In this document: positions 26,723 through 35,561 of the stretch, piece by piece
Layout of the letters: each line of letters starts with the position of its first letter
How positions within the stretch are numbered: the stretch's first letter is position 1
From: Dehalococcoidia bacterium
Lineage (GTDB): Bacteria > Chloroflexota > Dehalococcoidia > Lucifugimonadales > UBA1127
Assembly: GCA_965205235.1 (NCBI GenBank)
Contig: CBDBGD010000006.1
Span: forward strand, 31,046 to 95,045
Direction of reading: 5' to 3'
DNA length: 64,000 bases
Notes under the pieces: model-generated
The model's database searches: none
Told to the model about the DNA's origin: nothing
Seen by the model: only the letters and a program-made list of their open reading frames with translations
Position numbers and translations under genes: made by a program

Positions 26723-27517
26723 ATGGACGACAACCTGACTATCGCCGGGCAGACGTTCTCGTCGCGGCTCATCCTGGGCACCGGGCGGTACCGCTCCCAC
26801 GACGACATGGTGGCGGCGCTGGAGGCCTCGGGCGCGAACATGATCACCGTGACGACGCGCCGCCTGCCCCTGGACCGCCCGAACGAGAAGAGCATCCTGG
26901 ACTACATCGACCAAACCAAGTACACAATCCTGCCCAACACCGCGGGCTCCCGGACGGTGGAGGAGGCGGTGTTCAACGCCAAGCTGGGGCGGGAGGTGAC
27001 GGGCTCGTCCTGGGTGAAGCTGGAGGTGCAGCCCGACCCCGCGTTCCTCTTCCCCGACCCGGCGGGCACGCTGCAGGCGGCAGAGATCCTGCTGCAAGAC
27101 GGGTTCGTGGTGCTGCCCTACATCCACGCAGACCCTGTGCTGGCGCAGCAGCTCGAAGACATGGGATGCGCCACGGTGATGCCGCTCGGGTCGGCCATCG
27201 GGTCGGGGCAGGGCATCCACACGGCCGAGGAGGTCCGGATCATCCTGGGCCGGGCGCAGGTGCCGGTGGTCGTCGATGCCGGGCTCGGGGTGCCGTCCGA
27301 CGCGTCGCAGGCGATGGAGATGGGCGCCGACGCCGTCCTCGTGAACACGGCCATCGCCCAGGCCCACGACCCGGCACAGATGGCATACGCCTTCCGGCTG
27401 GGCGTGGAGGCAGGCCGCATGGCGTACCTGGCGGGCCGCATCCCCCGGAAGGAGTACGCCGAGGCGAGCAGCCCCACCACCGGCGTGCCCCAGCCAGCAG
27501 CCCCCTCGTCGAGGTAG
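26723..27517 (+). CDS. thiG: thiazole synthase
   Basis: 264 aa with [30 protein letters not shown], the TILPNTAG lysine-region motif and [12 protein letters not shown]. Confidence 0.95.
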   Translation: MDDNLTIAGQTFSSRLILGTGRYRSHDDMVAALEASGANMITVTTRRLPLDRPNEKSILDYIDQTKYTILPNTAGSRTVEEAVFNAKLGREVTGSSWVKLEVQPDPAFLFPDPAGTLQAAEILLQDGFVVLPYIHADPVLAQQLEDMGCATVMPLGSAIGSGQGIHTAEEVRIILGRAQVPVVVDAGLGVPSDASQAMEMGADAVLVNTAIAQAHDPAQMAYAFRLGVEAGRMAYLAGRIPRKEYAEASSPTTGVPQPAAPSSR

Positions 27518-27519
27518 CC

Positions 27520-28383
27520 ATGCAGCGGCTTCCGGAGCCCTGCCTGGCCCTGGTCACCGACCGCCACCTCTGCCTGCCGGGACACAGCCTCGCAGTCGCG
27601 GTGTCGGCGGCGTGCGACGGCGGGCTGGACATGGTGCAGGTGCGGGAGAAGGACCTGCCGGGCGGGGCGCTGCTCACGTTGGCCCAAGAGCTCCGCGAGG
27701 CCACCCGCGACCGCGCGCTGCTGATCGTCAACGAGCGGGTCGACGTCGCTCTGGCCTGCGAGGCGGACGGCGTGCAACTCGGGGAGGAAGCGATGCCGGT
27801 GGAGGAGGCCCGACGCCTGCTGGGCGGCGACGCGCTCATCGGTCGGTCGGTGCACAGCGTGGCGGGCGCGGTGGAGGCAGAGGCGGCGGGTGCAGACTTC
27901 CTGCTGGTGGGCCCGATCTTCCCGACGCCGTCGCATCCCGACAGCGAGGGCGCGGGGACGGCGCTGCTGGAGCAGGTCCGCCGCGCGGTCGCGGTCCCGT
28001 TCCTGGCCATCGGCGGCGTCGACGCGTCGAACATCGGCCAGGTCGCACGTGCGGGTGCGAGCGGCGCGGCAGTCGTCCGCGCCGTGATCGCCGCGCCGGA
28101 CCCCGCGCAGGCGGTCGCAGAGCTGCGTGCGGCGTTCGTCCGGGGGCTGGGCCCGGCCGGCGGAGGCCCGGAGGCGGCCACCATCACGATCACCGTCAAC
28201 GGCGAGGAGCGGCGGCTGGCGCAGTCGCTGCGTCTGCCGGAGCTGCTGGAGAGCCTGGGCGTGCGGGCCCGCCACACGGCCGTGGCATACAACGGCGACG
28301 TGCTGCGCCGGGAGGAGCACCCCAACATCGCGCTCAAGGACGGCGACGTCCTGGAGCTCGTGCGGCCGGTGGGCGGGGGGTAG
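27520..28383 (+). CDS. thiE: thiamine-phosphate synthase fused to sulfur-carrier protein ThiS (ThiE::ThiS)
   Basis: ATG 27520 lies 3 nt after the thiG stop. Residues ~1-205 are ThiE-like (LALVTD, VQVREKD, LIVNERVDVA, GVQLGEE, GRSVHS, AIGGV). After a Gly/Pro linker, the last ~66 aa are ThiS-like (ITITVNGEERRL...GDVLELVRPVGGG-stop). No stop or canonical start codon separates the two parts. Confidence 0.85.
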   Translation: MQRLPEPCLALVTDRHLCLPGHSLAVAVSAACDGGLDMVQVREKDLPGGALLTLAQELREATRDRALLIVNERVDVALACEADGVQLGEEAMPVEEARRLLGGDALIGRSVHSVAGAVEAEAAGADFLLVGPIFPTPSHPDSEGAGTALLEQVRRAVAVPFLAIGGVDASNIGQVARAGASGAAVVRAVIAAPDPAQAVAELRAAFVRGLGPAGGGPEAATITITVNGEERRLAQSLRLPELLESLGVRARHTAVAYNGDVLRREEHPNIALKDGDVLELVRPVGGG

Positions 28384-28411
28384 GGGCCATCTCGGCAGAG
28401 GGAGGCGAACC

Positions 28412-28648
28412 ATGCGCTGGTACGTGCTGAAGCCGTTGGCAGCGGTGGTGGGGTGGATGATCGCGGTGCTGGAGCTGAAGGTCGCACTGCTGGGCGCGGT
28501 GCGCTTCTTCCTTCTCACCGGGGCGAGCCCGCGCTATGTCCTGGAGCGCAAGCGCTGGTACGAGGAGTCGATGCTGGGGCGGAAGATGGGCGTGACGGAC
28601 CTGGTCGAATTCGGGGCGTGGCACGCGCGGGTGGAGCGCGGGGGCTGA
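28412..28648 (+). CDS. small hydrophobic protein, function unknown
   Basis: ATG 28412 has GGGAGG 6 nt upstream. 78 aa with one or two TM segments (LKPLAAVVGWMIAVLELKVALLGAVRFFLL). Confidence 0.45.
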   Translation: MRWYVLKPLAAVVGWMIAVLELKVALLGAVRFFLLTGASPRYVLERKRWYEESMLGRKMGVTDLVEFGAWHARVERGG

Positions 28649-28699
28649 CCCATCCGCCTCGGCCCTGCCCGCCCTGCTGCCATCTCGCCCTACCCTCTC

Positions 28700-28730
28700 A
28701 CCCCCCTTATCCCCTACCATTACCCCATGC
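28700..28730 (-). repeat. G-tract module (G-rich on minus strand) associated with repeat copy B
   Basis: The reverse complement reads gcatggggtaatggtaggggataagggggg, which is homologous to 8230-8262 and 37348-37380. Confidence 0.7.
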
Positions 28731-28799
28731 TACCGGACTGCACAGCCACAGCTTCCGCCACAGCTCAACAACCCAAGATGAGGGTGCAGGGCGCGCCCT

Positions 28800-29080
28800 G
28801 CGATTCGTTCCGCGCAACGAAGATTCCGTATCTGCAACGCGCCGCCGATTCGTTCCGCGCACTCCTCCGCGGCCGTTCGTTCCTATCTGCGGCCCGCGGT
28901 TCCAATCCTCGACGAAAGAACGAACCCAAGCTGCACCACCCTCTTCGACAGCGGTTCGATCAAACGAGTCCAAGCTGCCCCCATCTTCGTGCGGATCGAA
29001 TGCCAAAGCTGGACCGCGTCCCTCCAGGCACAGAGGAACCGGAAAAAACGCGAGGAACGAAACGAATCGAATCCAATCAC
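28800..29080 (-). repeat. dispersed ~300-bp intergenic repeat, copy B (inverted orientation)
   Basis: The reverse complement aligns without indels over ~190 nt to copy C (gattcgtttcgtt...cgcgtttttt...gtgcctgg...gacgcggtccagctttgg...gcagcttgga...ggttcgttctttcgtcg.ggattgga.ccgcggg.cgcagatagg). Confidence 0.8.
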
Positions 29081-29157
29081 GCCGCTCCTCCACCGCGGTT
29101 GACGCCCTTCCGGCGGGCTGACATACTGCCCGAAACTTCAGCCGACGAGGTCGCCTA

Positions 29158-30312
29158 GTGCCCCCTCGCATCGCCATCGTGGGCGCCGCCGAGTCCGACG
29201 AGATCGGCCACGTCCCGGACAAGTCGGCTCTCCAGCACCACTCGGAGGCCGCGTACAACGCCCTTGAGGATGCCGGCCTCGCCATGTCGGACGTCGACGG
29301 CCTCTTCACGGCGGGCTACTCGACGCTGCTGACCGCGGAGTACATGGGCATCCAGCCTCGCTACACGGACTCCACGTCCGTCGGGGGCTCCTCCTTCGTC
29401 ATCCACGTCGCCCACGCGATGGCAGCCATCCAGGCCGGGTACTGCGAGGTGGCGCTGGTCACGCACGGCCAGATCGGCTACTCGGGCCGGGGGCTGGGCG
29501 GAGCGCCGGACCCCACGCAGCCGTCGGCGCAGTACGAGGCGCCGTACGGGATCATGGGCGCGCCGATAAGCTACGCGCTGGCCTGCTCTCGCTACATGCA
29601 CGAGTACGGCGAGGAGCGGACGCGGCAGGCGATGGCGGAGATCGCCGTGTCGACCCGCAAGTGGGCGCAGCTCAACCCCAAGGCGTTCATGCGCGACCCC
29701 ATGACCTTCGACGACTACCACGCCTCACGATGGATCGCCTGGCCCTTCCACCTCTTCGACTGCTGCCTGGTGACCGACGCGGGCGGCGCGGTGGTGGTCA
29801 CGACGGCGGAGCGCGCCGCGTCGTGCCGCAAGAAGCCGGTGTGGGTGCTGGGCGCCGCCGAGGGGCACGACCACAGCATGGTGAGCCAGATGCCGTCGTT
29901 CACGTCGCTCATCGCCCGGGAGACGGGGCCACGAGCCCTGGCTCGGGCCGGGGTCACACACAGCGACCTGGACCTGACGATGATCTACGACTCGTTCACG
30001 TACACGGTGCTGCTGAGCCTGGAGTCGCTGGGGTTCTGCGGGCCGGGCGAGGGCCCGGACTTCGTCGCTGGGCAGCGCACGGCGCCCGGCGGGGACTTCG
30101 CCCTCAACACCAACGGCGGCGGGCTGTCGTACACGCACACGGGCATGTACGGCATGTTCCTGCTGGTCGAGGCGGTGCGCCAGCTCCGGGGCGAGGCGGG
30201 CGACCGGCAGGTGCAGGCGAGAGGCGGCAGCGGCCATGCGAAGCTGGCGCTGGTCAACGGCACCGGCGGCTCGCTCTCATCGACGGGCACGACGATCCTG
30301 GCGGGAGACTAG
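29158..30312 (+). CDS. thiolase-like (SCP-x/archaeal-type acetyl-CoA acetyltransferase family) protein
   Basis: 384 aa from a GTG start with GAGG upstream. Contains IAIVGAAES, a C-terminal NTNGGGLSY and a GSGHA..LV.NGTGG pattern typical of DUF35-partnered thiolases. Confidence 0.85.
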   Translation: MPPRIAIVGAAESDEIGHVPDKSALQHHSEAAYNALEDAGLAMSDVDGLFTAGYSTLLTAEYMGIQPRYTDSTSVGGSSFVIHVAHAMAAIQAGYCEVALVTHGQIGYSGRGLGGAPDPTQPSAQYEAPYGIMGAPISYALACSRYMHEYGEERTRQAMAEIAVSTRKWAQLNPKAFMRDPMTFDDYHASRWIAWPFHLFDCCLVTDAGGAVVVTTAERAASCRKKPVWVLGAAEGHDHSMVSQMPSFTSLIARETGPRALARAGVTHSDLDLTMIYDSFTYTVLLSLESLGFCGPGEGPDFVAGQRTAPGGDFALNTNGGGLSYTHTGMYGMFLLVEAVRQLRGEAGDRQVQARGGSGHAKLALVNGTGGSLSSTGTTILAGD

Positions 30313-30315
30313 CGC

Positions 30316-30753
30316 ATGTCGACGACACCACCAACACCGCCGCCGCCCCCCAAGCCCCTCCCGCGGGTGCAGCCGGAGTCGGCCTTCTACTGGGAGAAGT
30401 GCCGCGAGCACGAGCTGTGGCTTCGATGCTGCCGGGACTGCAAGAAGGCCTACTTCTACCCCCGGGACATCTGCCCGCACTGCTTCTCTCGGAACACGGC
30501 GTGGGTGCGGAGCAGCGGCCGGGGCACCGTGTACGCCTTCGCCATCGTGCATCGCGCGCCGTCGCCGGCGTTCCGGCCGGAGGCGCCCTACGTCGCGGCG
30601 ATGGTGGAGCTGGAGGAGGGGCCGCGGATGCCTACCAACCTCGTCGACGTGGAGCCGGACACCGAGCACGTCCGATGCGGCATGGCGGTGGAGGTGGTGT
30701 TTCGGGACGCGAGCCCGGAGATCAGCCTGCCGGTGTTTCGACCGTCGGCGTAG
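30316..30753 (+). CDS. Zn-ribbon/OB-fold protein (DUF35 family), thiolase partner
   Basis: 145 aa with the rubredoxin-like CRDCKKAYFYPRDICPHCFS motif followed by an OB-fold region (GTVYAFAIVHR). Sits 4 nt after the thiolase gene. Confidence 0.85.
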   Translation: MSTTPPTPPPPPKPLPRVQPESAFYWEKCREHELWLRCCRDCKKAYFYPRDICPHCFSRNTAWVRSSGRGTVYAFAIVHRAPSPAFRPEAPYVAAMVELEEGPRMPTNLVDVEPDTEHVRCGMAVEVVFRDASPEISLPVFRPSA

Positions 30754-31624
30754 CTGCACGCTCGACAGCTGGCCCCTCGCTCTTCGCCCTAGCGGCGCGC
30801 CAGCGGAGATAGCCTTCGTAGAGCGCGATCGCCAGGAGCCCCACCGCCAGACCTCCCACCGCGTCGAGGACGTAGTGATTGCCCGTGATGACGATCGAGA
30901 AGAAGTGCACGCCGGGGTACAGGACGCCCACCACCTTGAGCCACGCCGGGCCAAGGCGGAAGAAGAGGACCCCGAACAGGAACGTCCAGGCGAAGTGCAT
31001 GCTGGGCAGAGCCGCCAGGCTGTTGTAGATGGAGTCCATCTCGGCGCCGCCGTAGTAGGGCAGGCTGGAGTAGGCCTGGATGGTATCGACAAGCCCCATC
31101 ATTCGAGGAGGCGCAACGGGAAAGAGGGCAAAGACGCACACCGCCAGGGCAAGGCTGATGACCAGCACGTTCCGGTAGTAGACGTACAGGTCGCGGTGCC
31201 GCAGGTATACGAGGACTGCCGCCAGCGCCATGCTGGGCCAGAAGGCGAGCAGGTAGTACCAGTTGAAGGCGAGCACCACCGGCGTACCCGCATCCAGCGC
31301 CCAGCCCTGCCAGGCCGCCTCCCAGCCGATGCCGAGCTGCGCCGAGAGGTCCATGACTCGCTGGGCGTTGCCCGCGGCGCCGTCTCGCAGCGCCGCGAAG
31401 AGGACCCGGGGCACCAGGAGGTAGAGGCCGTACGCGCCGAGGACTATCGCCACCTCGCGGGCGGGGTCGCGGAGGGCGGCTCGAACGCGGGAAAGGTCCG
31501 GTGCGTGAGGGAGGCGCCAGGGTGGAGCAAGAGGATGGCTATCCAGCCCCAAGCGCAGGCTGAGGCTGTGCAAAAAAAGCCGCAGATGGACGGGCCTGAA
31601 GCCCGGTGGTACAGCGTGTCGCAT
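30722..31624 (-). CDS. PAP2-superfamily membrane protein (PAP2_3 / IPC-synthase-like)
   Basis: Polytopic, with the C-terminal motifs PSMHFAW and GNHYVLDAVGG characteristic of this PAP2 branch. The N-terminal ~45 codons are Arg/Pro-rich, so the true start is probably internal. The 3' end overlaps the convergent DUF35 gene by 32 nt. Confidence 0.65.
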   Translation of the reverse strand: MRHAVPPGFRPVHLRLFLHSLSLRLGLDSHPLAPPWRLPHAPDLSRVRAALRDPAREVAIVLGAYGLYLLVPRVLFAALRDGAAGNAQRVMDLSAQLGIGWEAAWQGWALDAGTPVVLAFNWYYLLAFWPSMALAAVLVYLRHRDLYVYYRNVLVISLALAVCVFALFPVAPPRMMGLVDTIQAYSSLPYYGGAEMDSIYNSLAALPSMHFAWTFLFGVLFFRLGPAWLKVVGVLYPGVHFFSIVITGNHYVLDAVGGLAVGLLAIALYEGYLRWRAARAKSEGPAVERAATPTVETPAG

Positions 31625-31709
31625 CTCAGCTATCGGCGTCTATGATATACGGGAAAGGCCCCAGTTGCACAGCCGGTCTGCACACGAAAATCCGCCGCTC
31701 TCCGCTGCC

Positions 31710-33128
31710 CTAGCCTCCCGCCGGACCGCCGCCGAGACCGGGCTCGGTCATCCCTTCCGGTTCAAGGATCTCGTCGAGCTGGGCCTCGGAGAGGTCCGTG
31801 AGCTCGCGGGCCGTCTCGCGGATGGTGCGGCCGGACTCGGCTGCCTTCTTGGCGACCTCCGCCGCCTTGTCGTAGCCGATGGCGGGCGACAGGGCCGTGC
31901 CGAGCATGAGGCCGCGCTCCACCATCTCCGGCCCGCGGGCGGTGGCCGCGAGGCCCTGGACACACTGGTCCGCCATGTTCCGGCAGGACGCGGCCAGCAG
32001 GGAGATGGACTGCAGGAGGTTGTGGGCCGCGACGGGCATCATAGTGTTGAGCTCGAAGTAGCCTCCCTGACCCGCCGCGACGACGGCGGCGTCGTTGCCG
32101 AGTACCTGGGCCACGGCCTGAATGGCTGACTCGGCGATGACGGGGTTGACCTTGCCGGGCATGATCGAGGAGCCGGGCTGCACCTCGGGCAGCGCGATCT
32201 CGCCGATGCCGGCGCGGGGGCCGGAGCCCAGCCATCGGATGTCGTTGGCGATCTTGTGCAGGCTAACGGCGATGGTGCGCAGCGCGCCGCTGGCGGCGAC
32301 AACGCCGTCGAGGGTGCTCTGGGCCTGGAAGTGATTGTCCGTTTCCCGGACGGTGACCCCGGCCATCTCGGAGATGAGCGCGCAGGCGCGGCCGGCGAAC
32401 TCCGGGTGGGCGTTGACGCCGGTACCCACGGCGGTGCCGCCCAGGGCCACCTCGGCGAGCTCATTGGCCGCGTACTCGACGCGGCAGAGGGAGCGCTCCA
32501 TCTGGCCTGCGTAGCCCCACATCTCCTGGCCGAGCCGGACGGGGGTGGCGTCCTGGAGATGCGTGCGTCCGGTCTTGATGACGGGCCAGAACTCCTCCGC
32601 CTTGGCCTTCAGCGCGTCCCGCAGGGCCTGCCCAGCGGGGACCAGCTCCTCCCTGATACTGATGAGGGCCGCAAGGTGGATGGCCGTGGGGATGACGTCG
32701 TTGGAGGACTGGCAGATGTTGACGTGGTCGTTGGGGTGGACGAGCTTGGAGCCGCGGTCGCCACCCAGCAGCTCCGTGGCCCTGTTGGCGATGACCTCGT
32801 TGGCGTTGGTGTTGGTGGAGGTACCGGAGCCGGTCTGGAAGATGTCGACGACGAAGTGGTCGTCCAGCGCGCCGTCGACGACCTCCTGAGCCGCTCGCAC
32901 GATGGCGTCGCCCAGGCGGGGGTCGAGCAGGCCGAGGTCCATGTTCGCCCGCGCCGCCGACAGCTTGACGAGGCCCAAGGCCTGGATGAAGCGGCGGGAG
33001 AAGCGCAGGTCGCTGATGGGGAAGTTCAACACGGCCCGCATGGTGGATGCGCCGTAGTAGGCGTCCTCCGGCACCTCCATGGCGCCCATGGAGTCCCGCT
33101 CAGTCCGCATCCTGTCCTTGACAGTCAT
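31710..33128 (-). CDS. class II fumarate hydratase / aspartate ammonia-lyase family enzyme
   Basis: 472 aa with the signature GSSIMPGKVNP and QTGSGTSTNTNANEVIANRA, which is closer to FumC. The N-terminus has aspartase-like features (EVPEDAYYG). Substrate not resolved. Confidence 0.9.
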   Translation of the reverse strand: MTVKDRMRTERDSMGAMEVPEDAYYGASTMRAVLNFPISDLRFSRRFIQALGLVKLSAARANMDLGLLDPRLGDAIVRAAQEVVDGALDDHFVVDIFQTGSGTSTNTNANEVIANRATELLGGDRGSKLVHPNDHVNICQSSNDVIPTAIHLAALISIREELVPAGQALRDALKAKAEEFWPVIKTGRTHLQDATPVRLGQEMWGYAGQMERSLCRVEYAANELAEVALGGTAVGTGVNAHPEFAGRACALISEMAGVTVRETDNHFQAQSTLDGVVAASGALRTIAVSLHKIANDIRWLGSGPRAGIGEIALPEVQPGSSIMPGKVNPVIAESAIQAVAQVLGNDAAVVAAGQGGYFELNTMMPVAAHNLLQSISLLAASCRNMADQCVQGLAATARGPEMVERGLMLGTALSPAIGYDKAAEVAKKAAESGRTIRETARELTDLSEAQLDEILEPEGMTEPGLGGGPAGG

Positions 33129-33197
33129 GGTCTAACGCCTCCTTGGGGGCCTGCTTCTACGCGGTGAGCTTTGACCACTCCCCACCGGGGAGGGCGG

Positions 33198-33407
33198 CTA
33201 TCCCCCGTAGTTGGGCCGCAGGTAGTCGGCCACCGAGTCTTCCGGGACCCCCGCCATTATCAGCAGGTCAGCGATTGCGGGAAGGCAGGCCCGACAGGAC
33301 AGCCCGACCCCGCAGGTGTCTCGAACGTCGTCCACCGTAGCTGCGCCTTGAGTGATGGCGTCCTGGATTTCCCGGTCTGAAACCCAGTGGCACATACAGA
33401 CGATCAC
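33198..33407 (-). CDS. Bfd-like [2Fe-2S]-binding domain protein
   Basis: VIVCMCHWVSDREIQDAI...VRDTCGVGLSCRACLP shows the CxC...CxxC pattern of bacterioferritin-associated ferredoxin. Start placed at GTG 33407, after GGAGGG. Confidence 0.7.
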   Translation of the reverse strand: MIVCMCHWVSDREIQDAITQGAATVDDVRDTCGVGLSCRACLPAIADLLIMAGVPEDSVADYLRPNYGG

Positions 33408-33513
33408 CGCCACCCTCCGCCTTGCCCCAAGCTCTACGGAGCACAACGGTACCGAATAGGCAATGGCGTGTCAACGCAACTCGGCGCGCTCTGGCAAGGT
33501 GCTGCGGCGATGG

Positions 33514-34698
33514 TCAGGACGGGGCATCCGGCAGCCAGCCCCGAGGCCGCGGCCCCCAGTCCAGGGGCATGGGTTCGCCGCCTCGGACGGTCAGGGCGGG
33601 GGCCAGGGCCTGCTGCCCCCGAAGTATCACACCCTCGCAGTCCCGGAACAGGAAGTCACCCTCCAGCAGCTCCAGCACCGTGACGTCGGCCTCGCGACCG
33701 GGGGCCAGCGAGCCCAGCGTGTCGGACATGCCGAGGGCGCGGGCTGGGTTGGCGGTGGTCATGCGGATCACATCGTCGAGGGAGAAACCCAGGGCCATGG
33801 CCTTCGACATGATCTCTGGGAGGCTGCCGACCGTGGTGTGGCGGCCGGGACGCGTCATGTCTGTGCTGAGGCAGTCGGGGTAGACGCCCTGATCGAGCAG
33901 GCGTCGGGCGGTGTCGAAGCTGAAGTTGAAGCGGCCGTGGGCGCAGTCCATGCAGACGCCGCGTGCGACAGCCTCCGCGACCTCGGGCCAGGCGCGGCCG
34001 TTGGGATCGAGAAGGTTGGCCTGCTGTCCGGTGAAGAAGTGGGTGACGATGTCCCCGGGCTCCATCAGGTCCAGCATGGCCCGCGTGACGGACGCGTCCA
34101 CCTCCTTCTCGGGGTCGCCGATGTGGACCATGAGGCGCGTGCCGCTCTCCCTGGCGGCGCGACGGGCCGTCTTCACCGCCTCGGCGCCGAGGGCGTGGAC
34201 GCCCGCGCCGACAAGGCGCACCTTGACGCCCTGGGCCATGGAGCGGTAGGTATCGATGGTCTGTATGACACCCTCCGGGTCCATGTCGCCGGGGGCCCGC
34301 AGCTCGGGCATGAAGGCCAGGCCGGTGCGCACGATGTGGACCATGCAGAGGACGCGGGTCTTCACGTTCGCGGCGATGTAGCGGGCGATGGCGGGGAACG
34401 TGTGAGACCCGGCGCTGCCCGCGTCGACGACGGTGGTCACCCCGGAGAGGACGCCGGCGATGTCCGGGTGGACGCCAGAGGGTGTCATGCCGTCCGAGAT
34501 GTGGCAGTGGATGTCGATGAGGCCGGGGACGACGAGGCGGCCGTCGAGCTCGATGACCCGCCGCGCTTCGGCCGGGTCGATGTTCGGGGCGACGCCGGCG
34601 ATTCGACCGGCCAGGATGCCCACGTCCAAGGCGCCGCGAAGCCCCGCTCCGGGGTCGAGGACCTCACCGCCGCGGAGGAGGAGGTCGTACATGGGCAT
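33514..34698 (-). CDS. amidohydrolase-superfamily metallohydrolase (deacylase/dihydroorotase-like)
   Basis: YDLLLRGGEVLDP, then GLIDIHCH (the HxH metal site), with later H and D ligands. ATG 34698 follows GGAG. Alternative starts are at 34719 (GTG) and 34692. Confidence 0.8.
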   Translation of the reverse strand: MPMYDLLLRGGEVLDPGAGLRGALDVGILAGRIAGVAPNIDPAEARRVIELDGRLVVPGLIDIHCHISDGMTPSGVHPDIAGVLSGVTTVVDAGSAGSHTFPAIARYIAANVKTRVLCMVHIVRTGLAFMPELRAPGDMDPEGVIQTIDTYRSMAQGVKVRLVGAGVHALGAEAVKTARRAARESGTRLMVHIGDPEKEVDASVTRAMLDLMEPGDIVTHFFTGQQANLLDPNGRAWPEVAEAVARGVCMDCAHGRFNFSFDTARRLLDQGVYPDCLSTDMTRPGRHTTVGSLPEIMSKAMALGFSLDDVIRMTTANPARALGMSDTLGSLAPGREADVTVLELLEGDFLFRDCEGVILRGQQALAPALTVRGGEPMPLDWGPRPRGWLPDAPS

Positions 34699-34719
34699 GG
34701 CGCGCTCCACGGCCGTCAC

Positions 34720-35136
34720 CTAGGACGTCGCCACCCGGCGACGCCTGCCGACCTCGCCGCGGATGAACTCCGCGACCTCGCCGGTGGTGGCGCCGGGCCC
34801 GAAGACGCCCGTCACCCCGTGACGCTGCAGGTGAGGCCGGTCCTCGTCCGGGATGATGCCGCCGAGAACGACGACCACGTGGCCCATGTCCCGCTCCTGG
34901 AGACCCTCCGTGATGAGGGGGACGAGCTCCATATGCGCCCCCGAGAGAATGGAGAGGCCGACGACGTCAACATCCTCCTGGACGGCGGCCTCGACGATCA
35001 TCTCCGGGGTCTGGCGGATGCCGGTGTAGACCACCTCCATGCCGGCGTCGCGCAGAGCGCGGGCGATGACCTTCGCGCCGCGGTCGTGGCCGTCCAAGCC
35101 CGGCTTGGCGACCAGCACGCGGATGACGTCGCGCAC
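34720..35136 (-). CDS. methylmalonyl-CoA mutase B12-binding (small) subunit
   Basis: [34 protein letters not shown] carries the DxHxxG cobalamin-binding motif. GTG 35136 follows AAGGAG, which overlaps the epimerase stop. Confidence 0.9.
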   Translation of the reverse strand: MRDVIRVLVAKPGLDGHDRGAKVIARALRDAGMEVVYTGIRQTPEMIVEAAVQEDVDVVGLSILSGAHMELVPLITEGLQERDMGHVVVVLGGIIPDEDRPHLQRHGVTGVFGPGATTGEVAEFIRGEVGRRRRVATS

Positions 35137-35140
35137 GGCC

Positions 35141-35557
35141 CTACTCCTTCTCGACGAGCTCGATGAGGACGCCACGGGTGGCGCGGGGGTGGAGGAAGGC
35201 GATGGTGCCCGCCGCACCCTTTCGGGGGGCCTTGTCGATGAGCTCCACGCCCGCGTCCTGGAGCGCCGCCAGCCGTGCGCCGATGTCCTCGACCTGGAAG
35301 GCGATATGGTGCATCGCCTCCCCTCGCCGCTCGATGAAGCGGGCGATGGCGCCGTTGGGGTCGGTGGGCTCGATGAACTCGACGCGGGTGCTGCCCACGG
35401 GCAGGAGGCAGGCGCGGACACCCTGGTCGGGCACCTCCTCGATGGGCGCGGGGCCAAGGTCGAAGAGCCTCCGGTAGAGGTCCATGGCCTCGTCGATGCT
35501 CTTCACGGCGATGCAGACGTGGTCCAGATGTTTCGCGGCGCAGGGGACGTCCGCCAT
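35141..35557 (-). CDS. methylmalonyl-CoA epimerase (VOC fold)
   Basis: 138 aa from ATG 35557. Contains [30 protein letters not shown] and [15 protein letters not shown]. Confidence 0.88.
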   Translation of the reverse strand: MADVPCAAKHLDHVCIAVKSIDEAMDLYRRLFDLGPAPIEEVPDQGVRACLLPVGSTRVEFIEPTDPNGAIARFIERRGEAMHHIAFQVEDIGARLAALQDAGVELIDKAPRKGAAGTIAFLHPRATRGVLIELVEKE

Positions 35558-35561
35558 GGCG

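Noticed and set aside
28883-29080. Small ORFs inside the 300-bp repeat copies: 28883..29080(-), 36670..37020(+) and 7864..8136(+). Copies B and C give similar peptides (…AWRDAVQLW.S.RTK.GAAW…FVLSSRIG.AGRR) ending at the same TAG.
   Set aside because: Amino-acid identity between B and C is only about 55%, although nucleotide identity is about three-quarters. That shows no sign of purifying selection in this frame. Copy A is frame-broken by indels. No RBS or sensible start is shared, and the peptides are Arg/Phe/Trp-rich with no motif. I treat the element as non-coding.
30722-30753. The 32-nt convergent overlap between the 3' ends of the DUF35 gene and the PAP2 gene, considered as a possible antisense regulatory feature.
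   Set aside because: Short convergent 3' overlaps are common in compact high-GC genomes. Both stops are fixed by the ORFs and nothing else is distinctive here.
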